From a virus, in IMG/VR virus record IMGVR_UViG_3300033141_005269, positions 13,416 to 77,415 of that record: a stretch of DNA of 64,000 bases; one strand, written 5' to 3'. The notes below the pieces were generated by a model. The model was not told the origin of the DNA. It made no database searches and saw only the letters and a list, made by a program, of their open reading frames with translations. Shown piece after piece: positions 32,825-42,203 of this stretch (its first letter is position 1; each line of letters starts with the position of its first letter). Made by a program: the position numbers and the translations under genes.

Positions 32825-33806
32825 GTTAATCCTCCAAAAATTCGAGAGTTACTTCAAGGCTTTACTCAATCGATACGGCGCAACCACATCTTCCATTTGT
32901 TGGATTATTGCGTTATTATGCTCGCGAATATCTTTTACTTGCTGGTCAGCTAATTTGAAAAGCTCAACTAACTCATCGATAAACTGAGAAGCAAAATGAA
33001 TATCGCTGTAATAGTTAATATGAAAGCTTTTCGAGAAGCTTCGATTGGAATAAATCTCTATTCTTGATGGTGTATTTGTTTCGAGTTTAATTGCAGAAAC
33101 TTCGAGAGGAGTTAGTCTGAATGAACGAGAAAGAGAATAATCGAAAACCTTCTTTACTTCTGGTAGTTTATAAATTACTTCATTATCAGATGGTCGTTTT
33201 ATCTGCTTTGTAAGCTTCACTAACTTATCGAAGTCTTCCATAATGCTTTTGCGAAGATGTGGAAGAATCTGGTCTCCGTACTTGATGATAAATTCGATGA
33301 AATCGGTGTAAAGATTTCTTCCATAAGTATACCAGCTGGTCTTAGCTCGGAACCAAGTACCAATTGCCAGACGAGTAGGACGCCAACCTTCATCGAGCTC
33401 AATTTGAGTTACTGTATATTTTCTGCGAAGCGGTTTAAGTGATTCAAACGCAAATTTAGTTCGCGAATAAATCATGTTTTCAAGTAAGCGAGTGTTAACC
33501 TTTTCTGCAGTTTCGAGTATGAAAACGAGTTTTGGTTTAATTTCCCGAAGATGTTGAATTATCATGAAAACCTCCAAAATAGAAAGAATGTTAAGTTAGT
33601 CCAATCCGGCTATGAATGCCGCTAGAATAGAAAGTATGAAAATGTAAAGTCCAATACAAAAGACAAGTGAAACTAAATTTTGCCAGAAGCCGATTGGTTG
33701 AAGGAATTGCCATAGCAACCATACTGGAATTGCTGGAACGATGAGTACTATTATGACTATTAGAATTAGAAACAAATCTTCACGAGACATTTTTTCCCTC
33801 CAAAAC

Positions 33807-34010
33807 TTAAGATGTCAAGCAATTAGCCAAGATTTCCTCGAGAGAAACTCGTTTACCACAAGACTTCCAAAAATCAACTAGAGAGGAGCCTATTTTGACT
33901 AGAGTGCAAACAGATGGACATGAAGAAAGATCTGGACAGAACCTGCAACAAATGAATTTGTCTAAACCAGATTTAATTTCGCACTCCTGAAGGCAATATT
34001 TTCTAGTCAT
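33807..34010 (-). CDS. Small Cys-rich protein (paralog of 34324-34500)
   Basis: KYC...CCRFC...C...SLEEILANCLTS. Confidence 0.6.
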   Translation of the reverse strand: MTRKYCLQECEIKSGLDKFICCRFCPDLSSCPSVCTLVKIGSSLVDFWKSCGKRVSLEEILANCLTS

Positions 34011-34291
34011 TTGCGACGCAACCTTTCAGTAATTAAGATTATTTCGTCAGAAATTTGCTCATCAAACTCGATAACTTTGAAAGCCTTTTGCAAACTGAGT
34101 AAGTATTTTCCAATTACCGAGTCGTGGAAAAATTCTGGATTTATTTCCCCGGTATAACAAAGAACTGCTAATGCATGTGGGCAGAAAATATCATCGATTT
34201 GACAAGTACAAGTCAGCGATTCGTCAGAAAACTTAACCAAGAAAAGATTATTCCTTTTGTCTTTAACCAAGAATTTTCGCATGATTATCAC
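34007..34291 (-). CDS. SWIM zinc-finger protein
   Basis: RKFLV...CTC...CPH. Confidence 0.7.
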   Translation of the reverse strand: MIIMRKFLVKDKRNNLFLVKFSDESLTCTCQIDDIFCPHALAVLCYTGEINPEFFHDSVIGKYLLSLQKAFKVIEFDEQISDEIILITERLRRK

Positions 34292-34323
34292 TTGTAATAA
34301 GTATTAAATACCTCCTCCAAAAA

Positions 34324-34500
34324 TTAAGAAGTTAATTGTTCAGCAATAAGCTCCTCAAGAGAACATCTGTATGGGCAAGGGTCACGATAGAAAACGCACA
34401 TGGGTGACCGTATACATGTTTTGAACTTTTCGCAAAAATAACAACAATATACCTTTCCATGTCTGCAAGGACCTAATCGGCAATATTTTTTCTCGGACAT
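34324..34500 (-). CDS. Small Cys-rich protein (58 aa, not in ORF track)
   Basis: MSEKKYCRLGPC...CCYFC...SLEELIAEQLTS*. Confidence 0.6.
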   Translation of the reverse strand: MSEKKYCRLGPCRHGKVYCCYFCEKFKTCIRSPMCVFYRDPCPYRCSLEELIAEQLTS

Positions 34501-34502
34501 TA

Positions 34503-34802
34503 TTATCCACGCCCCATAGAATCAGCAAGACGGATTATTGTGCCGGTAAGCTCTGGGTCGATTTCCTCAACATTAAACAGACTGCTTAATGATTCGACAT
34601 AAGAAATATCATCAAGCTCATCGATTTTGCCGAGATTAATGTTGAACTTGAACCACACTTGCAGAATATGCTTGCATGTCTTCCTTCTGAAAATCCAGTA
34701 TTTACAGTCGCACTGCCACTCATCGTTTCGAGTTAAGCTCACAATGTATTTTTTCCTCGAAAGTTTATCAGTAACAACAAATTTCCTTTTCCATCGTCCC
34801 AT
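34503..34802 (-). CDS. SWIM zinc-finger protein
   Basis: RKFVV...WQCDCKYWIFRRKTCKHI. Confidence 0.8.
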   Translation of the reverse strand: MGRWKRKFVVTDKLSRKKYIVSLTRNDEWQCDCKYWIFRRKTCKHILQVWFKFNINLGKIDELDDISYVESLSSLFNVEEIDPELTGTIIRLADSMGRG

Positions 34803-35098
34803 TATTCATCACCCTTTAAAGCGAAAGAAATTAAGGCTATATCATTCGGAATATCCGGATTAATTTCGATAATGCGAAAAAGGTCTTTAACCGCGAAAGA
34901 TATTAAAGTAATTGAATAACCAAGTGAGTCTAAAACGACTACCGCATGAATGCAAGGACGAGGAACTTTATTTCGACCACAAGTACAAGAAATCCGTGGT
35001 ACATCATCTATTGGAGCCATAAGCTCAACGATGAATTTTTTCTTTGTAAGTTTATTTTCAACCAGAAACTTCCTCTTCATACTTCTGGACGAGCTCAT
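34802..35098 (-). CDS. SWIM zinc-finger protein
   Basis: RKFLV...SCTCG...PCIHA. Confidence 0.75.
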   Translation of the reverse strand: MSSSRSMKRKFLVENKLTKKKFIVELMAPIDDVPRISCTCGRNKVPRPCIHAVVVLDSLGYSITLISFAVKDLFRIIEINPDIPNDIALISFALKGDE

Positions 35099-35293
35099 GT
35101 TTAATGCCCTTCATTTCGAGGAAACTAAGAAACTCCTTGAGTCCGTCTCGTGGTTTACGCTTTCTGAATTCGCGCCAGACCCTTTTCATATAAACTGGGT
35201 CAGCCCAAATTTTGATTATTTGAATCATATCATTTGTGCGAATCCAGTAAAAACGTGCTTCCAAAGAAAGCAAACCTCCAAAAAATAATTTGC

Positions 35294-35545
35294 TCACTTG
35301 GTGAGCTGAATTTCGATTGTTGAGACCCGAGTTACTTTTCCTTCGTTTTCGAGTTCCTCTGTGCCAATTTGAACGCTTTGAACCGAAGCTGAAAGCGTCC
35401 GAGCGGCTACTTGTGCAACATCAACGGCATGACTGATTGCACGTCCTCTAGCCTTAATGACTACTTCTGGTTCCTCGTTGAAAGCGTTTACGCATGCCAA
35501 AACGTAAACCCATGTCGGCTTTTTACCTACGAGAACTTCCTGCAT
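35294..35545 (-). CDS. albA: Alba DNA/RNA-binding protein
   Basis: VLVGKKP..VYV, VVIKARGRAISHAVDVA, IGTEE, VSTIEIQL: the canonical archaeal Alba signature. Confidence 0.95.
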   Translation of the reverse strand: MQEVLVGKKPTWVYVLACVNAFNEEPEVVIKARGRAISHAVDVAQVAARTLSASVQSVQIGTEELENEGKVTRVSTIEIQLTK

Positions 35546-38174
35546 GTCAAGTCCTCCAAAATTATCCAAGCGAATTAGCTATCATAAAAACTTCGAAGCG
35601 TTTCATGAATTCATCGAGAGAAATAATCCCCATTACGAATTCCATGACTAAATGCTTTTGCTTCTTGTTTCGAAGGTCAAGAGTATCACCAAGAATTTTC
35701 ATAGTTTTCACAAATTTATCTTCGATACGCAAGGTTATTCCGCCATAAGCATGTAATTGAATAATTTTGTATTCTGATTGAAAGAGAAGTCTATAAAATA
35801 ACATGCGTCTAATCGAATGATGCATCCCAAAATATATCCATTTTCCGTTGTCTTTAATTAGAACATGCGGCCCAGCGAATCCACGATACCATAGCGTAAT
35901 CATCGCCATGAAGTTTAATCCTCCAAAAGCTCATTTTGGCTTGCCCAATAAATTTTCAATTTGAATCGGAGAATTCGAAATAACTGCTTTGCCATTATGC
36001 CCAATAAGCCGTTGCGCGTCATCCGGAAATTTAAGTCTAATAATTATCGGTCGTCCAGTTTGTATCGAGAATCGAATTGCTTCGTAAATATCTGTCCAAG
36101 CGCGAACAGGAGGAAGAATGCACCCTTGTCGATAATATCGCATAAGCTTTTTGAATGAAGTGACATGATAAACAATCATGGAAATCCTCCAAAAATGAAT
36201 TAAGAGGAAGTTGCATTTACTTCTTCGATAGATAAGACATATCCTCGAATTTCAAAGCCAAGAATTGTAAACCATGGCTGATTAATGAAAGTTATTTTAT
36301 ATGTTTTGCCTACTTCCAAATTCACGAAGCCAATAAGCCGATAGCTCACATCTTGGTCTCCATAGACTCGAGCCCAAACATTTGTGTGTTGACCGAAGCG
36401 TGTGCTATGCTCGATAGCTTGAACCGTCACTGTAACTTCATATGTTTGCCCAGCAAAAGTTAGAGCGTATAAATATGAACCACCATAAACTACACCAACA
36501 AGAATTCCAAGAACAATGAGTACGGCTATCGCCGAGGCTAATAAGTCATATTTGTCCATTTTAATCCTCCAAATATAAAAAATAGGGGAGTTTATTTGTA
36601 GAAGCTGATTGGATATGGAGGTCTTGTCTGGTCAAACAAAACCGCAAAGACTGAACCCCAAGCTGAAGCAAACCACTGATTAGCTACTCGAAACAGCTTG
36701 ATATCCTCGCACGCCTCGAAAGAGATTATTGGGTCTCGTCTATCGAAGAACACTCGAGTGTTTTTGGGGATTTTCAACTGAATAGTTGGAGTTCGAATTG
36801 TGAAGCCCTTGAATAGAACACCACTGAGCAAATCGTAAGCCTCCAAAACTATTAATCAACTAATCGCTTCGAAATTTTATCATCATCTAAAGGTTCGAGA
36901 CAATTTGGACAAATGAATTTATCAAAATCATAGCTCATTATGAAATGCTCATCGTCGCAACCCTTATGATAGAATCCGTCACGGCGAAAATGAAATCTGC
37001 CAAGAACCTTACAAGTTGAATGTCCTTGATAAATAATATCATCGAGAATAGAGCCACAATGAGGACAGATTATCCTCTTATCTCCCTTTATTGCATGAGC
37101 CAACCGCTTTGCTTCAATTGAATTATTCATATTAATCCTCCAAAATTAGAATTAGTAAACTCGAAAGCCACCACAATTAAGGCAGAAGTTAGCCCATTTT
37201 TCCACAAGCTTTCTGTCGAGGTGATAACCGGGCGGCAAAAACTCTTCTATCTCCTTTTTCTTCTTTTCGAATTTGCAAGTTAGGGCATTGAAAATTGCCT
37301 CGACATCATCTTTTCCGTGGAGAAATTCAAGAACCCTTCGACCTATCTTTTCGGCGTCTTCTTGCTCGATTAAAAACCCATCGTTATAAAGACCAACTTG
37401 AAACTTGTAATATTTTCGAGTTTCTTTATTTCCATCTTCATCCTCGATTTCGATTTCCATTTCCTCTTTTAGAAAATCATGGCAAAGAATGTAAACTAAA
37501 CCCCATATTGGTGTCCAATACCACCAGTTTAGCGAGAAAAATTCTCCGTCTTTGTTCTTCGGGTTAATGCCAACAATGTCCACTCCCAAGATAAATCCTC
37601 CAAATAAAAATGGAAAATTACTTAATTCTGCGATAAGGTATTTGCTCGATTTCGAAGCTGATGAAGACTTTATGTCTTCGAACCTCGAAAGAAACATCCT
37701 TTGCCTCGAGTACTTTAAGTATCATTAGAACCTCATCAAGAGTTATATTTTCTGTATCGTTGGTAATCATTTCTGCGACCTCCGATTATCAAAATGAGAG
37801 CCTTGAACCAGAACGAATTGATTATTTTTGCGAATTGTTTGGAAAGCTCTTGGGAACTCAAAAGTTTTTCCTCCTCGAAGAGATTTTAGCTTCGATAAGA
37901 ATCAGTGCTGAAGAAAGCACGATGACTATCGAGAAGCTCCAGAAAATCATTTGGGTTGAAATCAACTGATAGCCTCCAAAAAGAGCTTATGCGAGATAAT
38001 AGACTAAAGGTTTTCCTTTCGAATCAGTAGCTAAAATCCATTTGCCCTTCCATTTGCCGTTTGCCTCGAATTGTTTTTCGAGTAAGAAGTAGAGGGTATG
38101 ATAACCGTTACTCCCAAGAATCATTCTTTTTCCGAGCTTGAACCTTCGCAAATTTGAACCTCCAATTATTTTCA

Positions 38175-38622
38175 CGGGACAAGGCGGGAAAGGGCTTTCC
38201 CTTACCGAGCCAGCTTTTCAGCTGACCGCTCCACGCAGGGAGGAACTCGCTTCGAGTCTGCCCTACAAGGCTTTTCACTGTTCGCCTTATGCGATGCCCT
38301 TCGAGCTTCATATCTCGAGGAAAGCTTGGAGCTGGGTGCCTCACAACCCGAGCACTTTAGCTCGAGCTGCTTCGTCTTACTGGAGGTGTTCGACAACTCT
38401 CTCCTTTCAGTTATGGAGAAGAGCCGGCACTCGCCCGAGCGGTCACCCGCTACTCTCGCCTTGTTGCCCGCCCTCGAGGCCAGGTCGGCTCTATGCCTCT
38501 GATTCGCTTGGCATAAGGTGGAGGACGCCTTCCAACTCGCAGTCGGAGCTGGAGTTGCCGCCTGCACTCCCGAGGGTTCGGCGATGAGCTTCTCCTTTCA
38601 CTGCAGTCCCGCCTCATTCCCA
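38175..38622 (-). ncRNA. GC-rich multi-hairpin structured RNA domain (~450 nt) of unknown class
   Basis: Terminal pairing GGGAAUGAGGCGGGA / UCCCGCCUUGUCCC. Many hairpins, e.g. UCCAGCUC/GAGUUGGA, GCAGCUCGAGC/GCUCGGGUUGU, GGUCAGCU-GAAA-AGCUGGCU. G-U pairs favour the minus strand. Confidence 0.65.
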
Positions 38623-38715
38623 CTCAAAAATTCGAGAAGGACGATTTACGAGCTGAACCTTACACCCTCGCAAACTCCTTCTCATAGTTAATCTTTTTGG
38701 CTCAGAGCACGGGAT
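38601..38715 (-). ncRNA. 115-nt rod-shaped BHB intron
   Basis: CUUUC-GCAG-AA^A-UCCCG ... CGGGA-CUGC-AG^U-GAAAG; internal stems GAGAAGGA/UCCUUCUC and GUUUGCGAG/CUCGUAAAU. Confidence 0.7.
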
Positions 38716-38731
38716 TTCTGCGAAAGCTCTT

Positions 38732-39290
38732 TTCTGCCCGAAGCTCCTTCTTGCGAGGGAGGATTTGACTCCTCGAGAACCTCGCCTCAACAGAAAAAGA
38801 AAGGGGAATTTGAGATTTATTTAGATTTCTTCTTGGGCTTTTCCTTCTTGACAGAACGCCGAGCGACAATTGCCTTGATTTCGCTTGGTACTCGTTTGAT
38901 TGGTTTGATTGGCGTTCCTGCTTTTTCTTCCAGCATCTCCTTTGCTTCCTCGTCCACGAAGCGAATCGCTTTGCTTAATGGACGAGCCTTCTCGTTATAA
39001 GGAGCTCTTGCTTCTTTGAGTTGAGCTTGTAGCTCTTCGAGCTCCTTATGGGCTCTTTGGAGATGCGGGATTACTGAAGTGTCGCCTTTCTGAATCAGCT
39101 GAACAAAAAACTTGTTTAGCTGACCAGACACCGCACTTTTTGCCTGAACAAGAGCTTTGGTTGCCTTGTTCTTCTCGCTGTTTATCTCTTTACGCCCGAA
39201 GCTTAAGCCCAATCGATAGTAGTAGAGCCTTTCCGCTGGAGTTAAATCAGTGTCGGACATTTTTAATCCCTTTCGATAGGGAGCTTCGGT
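38732..39290 (-). other. BHB/BHL-bounded 559-nt segment containing a complete ORF (putative circular mRNA)
   Basis: AAAGCUCUU-CUGU-AA^A-CCGAAGCUCC ... GGAGCUUCGG-GCAG-AA^A-AGAGCUUU. Confidence 0.75.
38817..39260 (-). CDS. Basic coiled-coil protein with Lys-rich tail
   Basis: 147 aa; heptads KELEELQAQLKE; C-terminus KKEKPKKKSK; GGGA SD. Confidence 0.75.
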   Translation of the reverse strand: MSDTDLTPAERLYYYRLGLSFGRKEINSEKNKATKALVQAKSAVSGQLNKFFVQLIQKGDTSVIPHLQRAHKELEELQAQLKEARAPYNEKARPLSKAIRFVDEEAKEMLEEKAGTPIKPIKRVPSEIKAIVARRSVKKEKPKKKSK

Positions 39291-39320
39291 TTACAGAAGA
39301 GCTTTAACTCCCCGTCCAGC

Positions 39321-39604
39321 CTCGTGGCATATAAAAAATATGGGCTTTTAAAGAATCGGTTGGAGCCTAACGGCTTTCCAATATTCTGAATGCTCAAAAG
39401 CTTCTTTGTAAAGTTCGTAGTCTTCTCTGCGAATTTTCCTGATAAACGCTTGTTTTTCGATAATTTGAAAATCTTCTGTTTTTTCGAACAAGACTTTATG
39501 AGAATTCCTGAAATGCTCGATTAGCTGTTGCTCAATCCGTTCAAGTGTCAGCCCTATAAATCTCTGGTTACACTTTCGACATCTCGCCCAATATGGCATT
39601 TTAG
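39321..39604 (-). other. BHL-like-bounded 284-nt segment containing a complete ORF
   Basis: CCGUCCAG-CGUG-AG^C ... CACG-AG^G-CUGGACGG: 8-bp outer stem and perfect 4-bp helix; inner stem weak. Confidence 0.55.
39348..39599 (-). CDS. Small C2H2-like zinc-binding protein
   Basis: CRKC...EHFRNSH. Confidence 0.65.
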   Translation of the reverse strand: MPYWARCRKCNQRFIGLTLERIEQQLIEHFRNSHKVLFEKTEDFQIIEKQAFIRKIRREDYELYKEAFEHSEYWKAVRLQPIL

Positions 39605-39892
39605 CTCACGCTGGACGGTCTGGAGAAGCTCGTTGTTAGCGTTCTCACTTGTCCGTTCCCCGCCCTCCCCTCGCCCGCTACGCTTTATCCTTAAGGCGAG
39701 ATTCGTTACGCCTTAAGATTCAGCGCTCGTTTCTACACCGTCCGCCCGCATTACGACGCACGATAAACCATAACGTGCGTCCGTCGGTACGGTGTATCCC
39801 GTCGTGCGTCGTGTCGCCACGAGCGCACTTAACGGTTTGTTGGTTTTTGCACATACGTGCAATAGGCACGGTGTGCTTATCCAAACCGTTTG
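39605..39892 (-). ncRNA. Structured non-coding leader
   Basis: Nested inverted repeats AACGGUUUG/CAAACCGUU, GCGCUCGU/ACGAGCGC, UACACCGU/ACGGUGUA, CUUAAGGCG/CGCCUUAAG; TATA-like elements at about 39905-39930. Confidence 0.55.
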
Positions 39893-40234
39893 GGTGTCGG
39901 AAATATATAAAAAAGGAATATTATTTAAGCCTTTATAACATGCTATAATATATGAAACAAATATTTTATATCGAATATTATATAATTTGGTTTATCCTTG
40001 ACAAACAACCAAAAAGGAATTATGGGCAAGGCACGAATAACAACAAACGCTTTAAACCCTTTAACATCCCTTTATTTTTTGTTTTTGTCTTTTTGTGAAA
40101 ACCTTTTTCGAGAATAAGAGCAAATTATGCCTTTTGTATGTTGTTTGTGCCTCAACCTTATTCGATAACTTAACAATAGTAACTTATCCCGTATAGAACA
40201 CTTCAGCTATGTTATACTATACTATTAGAGCTTA

Positions 40235-40410
40235 TTACTCGAAATAATCAAGAAATTTCATAACTCGAATAAGTTTCAAGAATATCGAGATTAAGCTATA
40301 AGCTATTAGCTATAAGCTATAGAGGGCTGGAGGGCTGTTAAACATTCGAGATTAATCCATGCAGAGAAAACAAATTATTCGAGATTAATCAAATATTCGA
40401 GAAAAATCAC
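40235..40410. repeat. Iteron-like repeats in the AT-rich divergence region (candidate origin)
   Basis: 4 x 7-nt (A/T)AGCTAT at 40293-40320; TCGAGATTAA at about 40285, 40346 and 40379, plus ATTCGAGAAAAATC at 40395. Confidence 0.5.
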
Positions 40411-40550
40411 ATAGTCCGCCGAGCCTTAAGTAATAATAATAATATTCGGTGTTGGGCAGAGGGAAAGGGAAAGATGCTTAACCATTACTTTCCAAGTGAG
40501 TACATGGAAATAGGCGAAAATTTAAATAGAGAAAAGCGAAAAAGAGTTCA

Positions 40551-40955
40551 GTGATTCCGATGTGGATTTTGATAATTGGCTTCTTGATTTTGTATGGATT
40601 AGCAAAGCTTTTTAATTTATTGTCTGAAGAACCTACTTCATACTCGATCGAGTGTTCGAGACCTATGGGCTCGGAACCACCAACTCCAGGACCGGAAACA
40701 AATCCTATTATTCGCGGTCATATTTTCGAGCAACAAGCGCCCTTGCTAAAATTTCCTGAAGATATGCGAGATGCTCGCTTTATTGGGGGACCAGTTGATT
40801 ATGTAATATTCAAGAATTGTTCTAAGGGCGGTCCTGTGGAAATACTCTTCGTTGAAGTTAAATCAGGAAGTTCGAATTTGAGTAAGCGAGAAGAATTAAT
40901 AAAAGAAGCCGTATTGAATAAAAGGGTGAAATGGCTCGAAGTGAGGAGATCATAA
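40551..40955 (+). CDS. Archaeal Holliday-junction-resolvase-like endonuclease (Endonuc_Holl type) with N-terminal TM helix
   Basis: RGHIFEQQAP, DARFIGGPVDYVIF, FVEVKSG..LSKRE. Confidence 0.85.
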   Translation: MIPMWILIIGFLILYGLAKLFNLLSEEPTSYSIECSRPMGSEPPTPGPETNPIIRGHIFEQQAPLLKFPEDMRDARFIGGPVDYVIFKNCSKGGPVEILFVEVKSGSSNLSKREELIKEAVLNKRVKWLEVRRS

Positions 40956-40967
40956 AAACTTTGGGCA

Positions 40968-42203
40968 GTGAGTGAGTTGAAACAGGTTGTTTTGATAAAC
41001 TTACCAAGTCCATTTTTGATTGATGATCAGGTGATGCCTCCACTTGGTCTGCTTTACATTTCGAGTTATTTGAAGAAGCATAAAGTTTCAGTTGAAGTTA
41101 TCGATCTATCTGGGGGAGAAAAGTTTCCATCGATTAATGCGGATTGGATTGGAATATCTGCTACAACGCCACAGTATGAGGAAGCCTTGAGAATATTAAC
41201 GAAGATTAAAGCGAGAAATCGATATCAGAGAGTTATTATAGGCGGACCTCATGCGACATGCATGGGCGAAAAATTACTCTTCGATGGATTCGATGGAGTT
41301 GTAATAGGCGAGGGGGAACGGGCAATGTATAAAATAGTTTGCTTCGGAAACGATGTTTTGCCAGTAGTCCAAGAACCAGAAATTGAAGATTTAGATATTT
41401 TACCGTTTCCAGATCGAGAAGCGATTAATTTGGAAAAATACAAATACTTTATAGACGACGAACGAGCAACAACGATGATTACCTCGAGAGGGTGCCCCTT
41501 TCATTGTGCGTTTTGTTCCCATACCTGGGAATCAGTGCGATTTAGGAGCGCTGGGAACGTGCTCGCAGAAGTCGATGAAATACAGAAAAAGTTTGGGTAC
41601 AACGCGATAATGTTCTATGACGATAATTTTACTTTGAACATCTCGAGGTTGAAAAAGATTTGCAAAGGCTTGAAAAAACGCGGTGTGAAATGGCGATGTT
41701 TGGTTAGAGCGAATTTAGTTAATGAAGAATTATTAAAGAGGATGAGAAAGAGTGGATGCGTCGAAATATTAGCAGGCTTGGAGTCAATGGACCAAGATAT
41801 CTTAAATGGAATAAATAAGGGAACGACTGTGGAACAAAATTATGAAGTTACCAGGCTTGCAAGGAAAGCCGGTTTGCGTTTCAAGGCATTATTAATGATT
41901 GGATTGCCAGGAGAGAGTCACGAGAGCGTGGAGAAGATTCGAGAGTATTTGGAGAAAATGCAACCAGATGATTTCGACTTAACGATTTACACACCTTATC
42001 CAAAGAGCTTAATTTGGGAATTCCCTGAAATGTTCGATATTAAGATAGACTACGAGAAACTTGGTTGGTATAAGGGTAGAATTGGAGAGTATAGGTGCGC
42101 CGTGAGCACTTCGAAATTAAGAAGCGATGAAATTGTAAGATTGCGTGATGAAATCGAGAAAGAATTCAGCTACCTCAAGAAAAGTAATAAAACATTCTAT
42201 TAA
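40968..42203 (+). CDS. B12-binding radical SAM protein
   Basis: PPLGLLYISS, IGGPHAT, SRGCPFHCAFC, DDNF, GLES, IGLPGE. Confidence 0.93.
   Translation: MSELKQVVLINLPSPFLIDDQVMPPLGLLYISSYLKKHKVSVEVIDLSGGEKFPSINADWIGISATTPQYEEALRILTKIKARNRYQRVIIGGPHATCMGEKLLFDGFDGVVIGEGERAMYKIVCFGNDVLPVVQEPEIEDLDILPFPDREAINLEKYKYFIDDERATTMITSRGCPFHCAFCSHTWESVRFRSAGNVLAEVDEIQKKFGYNAIMFYDDNFTLNISRLKKICKGLKKRGVKWRCLVRANLVNEELLKRMRKSGCVEILAGLESMDQDILNGINKGTTVEQNYEVTRLARKAGLRFKALLMIGLPGESHESVEKIREYLEKMQPDDFDLTIYTPYPKSLIWEFPEMFDIKIDYEKLGWYKGRIGEYRCAVSTSKLRSDEIVRLRDEIEKEFSYLKKSNKTFY

Larger units (their letters stand above)
14242..38175 (-). other. Block of dozens of small co-oriented hypothetical (early/accessory) genes, most preceded by TTTTGGAGG
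   Basis: Plus-strand CCTCCAAAA recurs just upstream of minus-strand starts; genes are tightly packed and often overlap. Confidence 0.8.

Noticed and set aside
3741-37969. Many antisense ORFs in the track (e.g. 4051-4614, 9895-10362, 20160-20519, 37661-37969)
   Set aside because: They are shadows of better-supported opposite-strand genes.
38138-38587. ORFs 38138-38587 (+), 38202-38567 (-) and 38108-38344 (-)
   Set aside because: No SD and atypical composition; likely by-products of a GC-rich structured RNA.
38175-39890. RNase P, SRP or group II intron identity (GUGCG near 39828; GAAA hairpin near 38215)
   Set aside because: No RNase P P4 consensus, no SRP helix-8 motif, and the hairpin does not fit domain V geometry.
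39649-39948. ORF listed on the minus strand in the track
   Set aside because: Its listed translation matches the + strand reading, it has no SD, and the region is dominated by inverted repeats.
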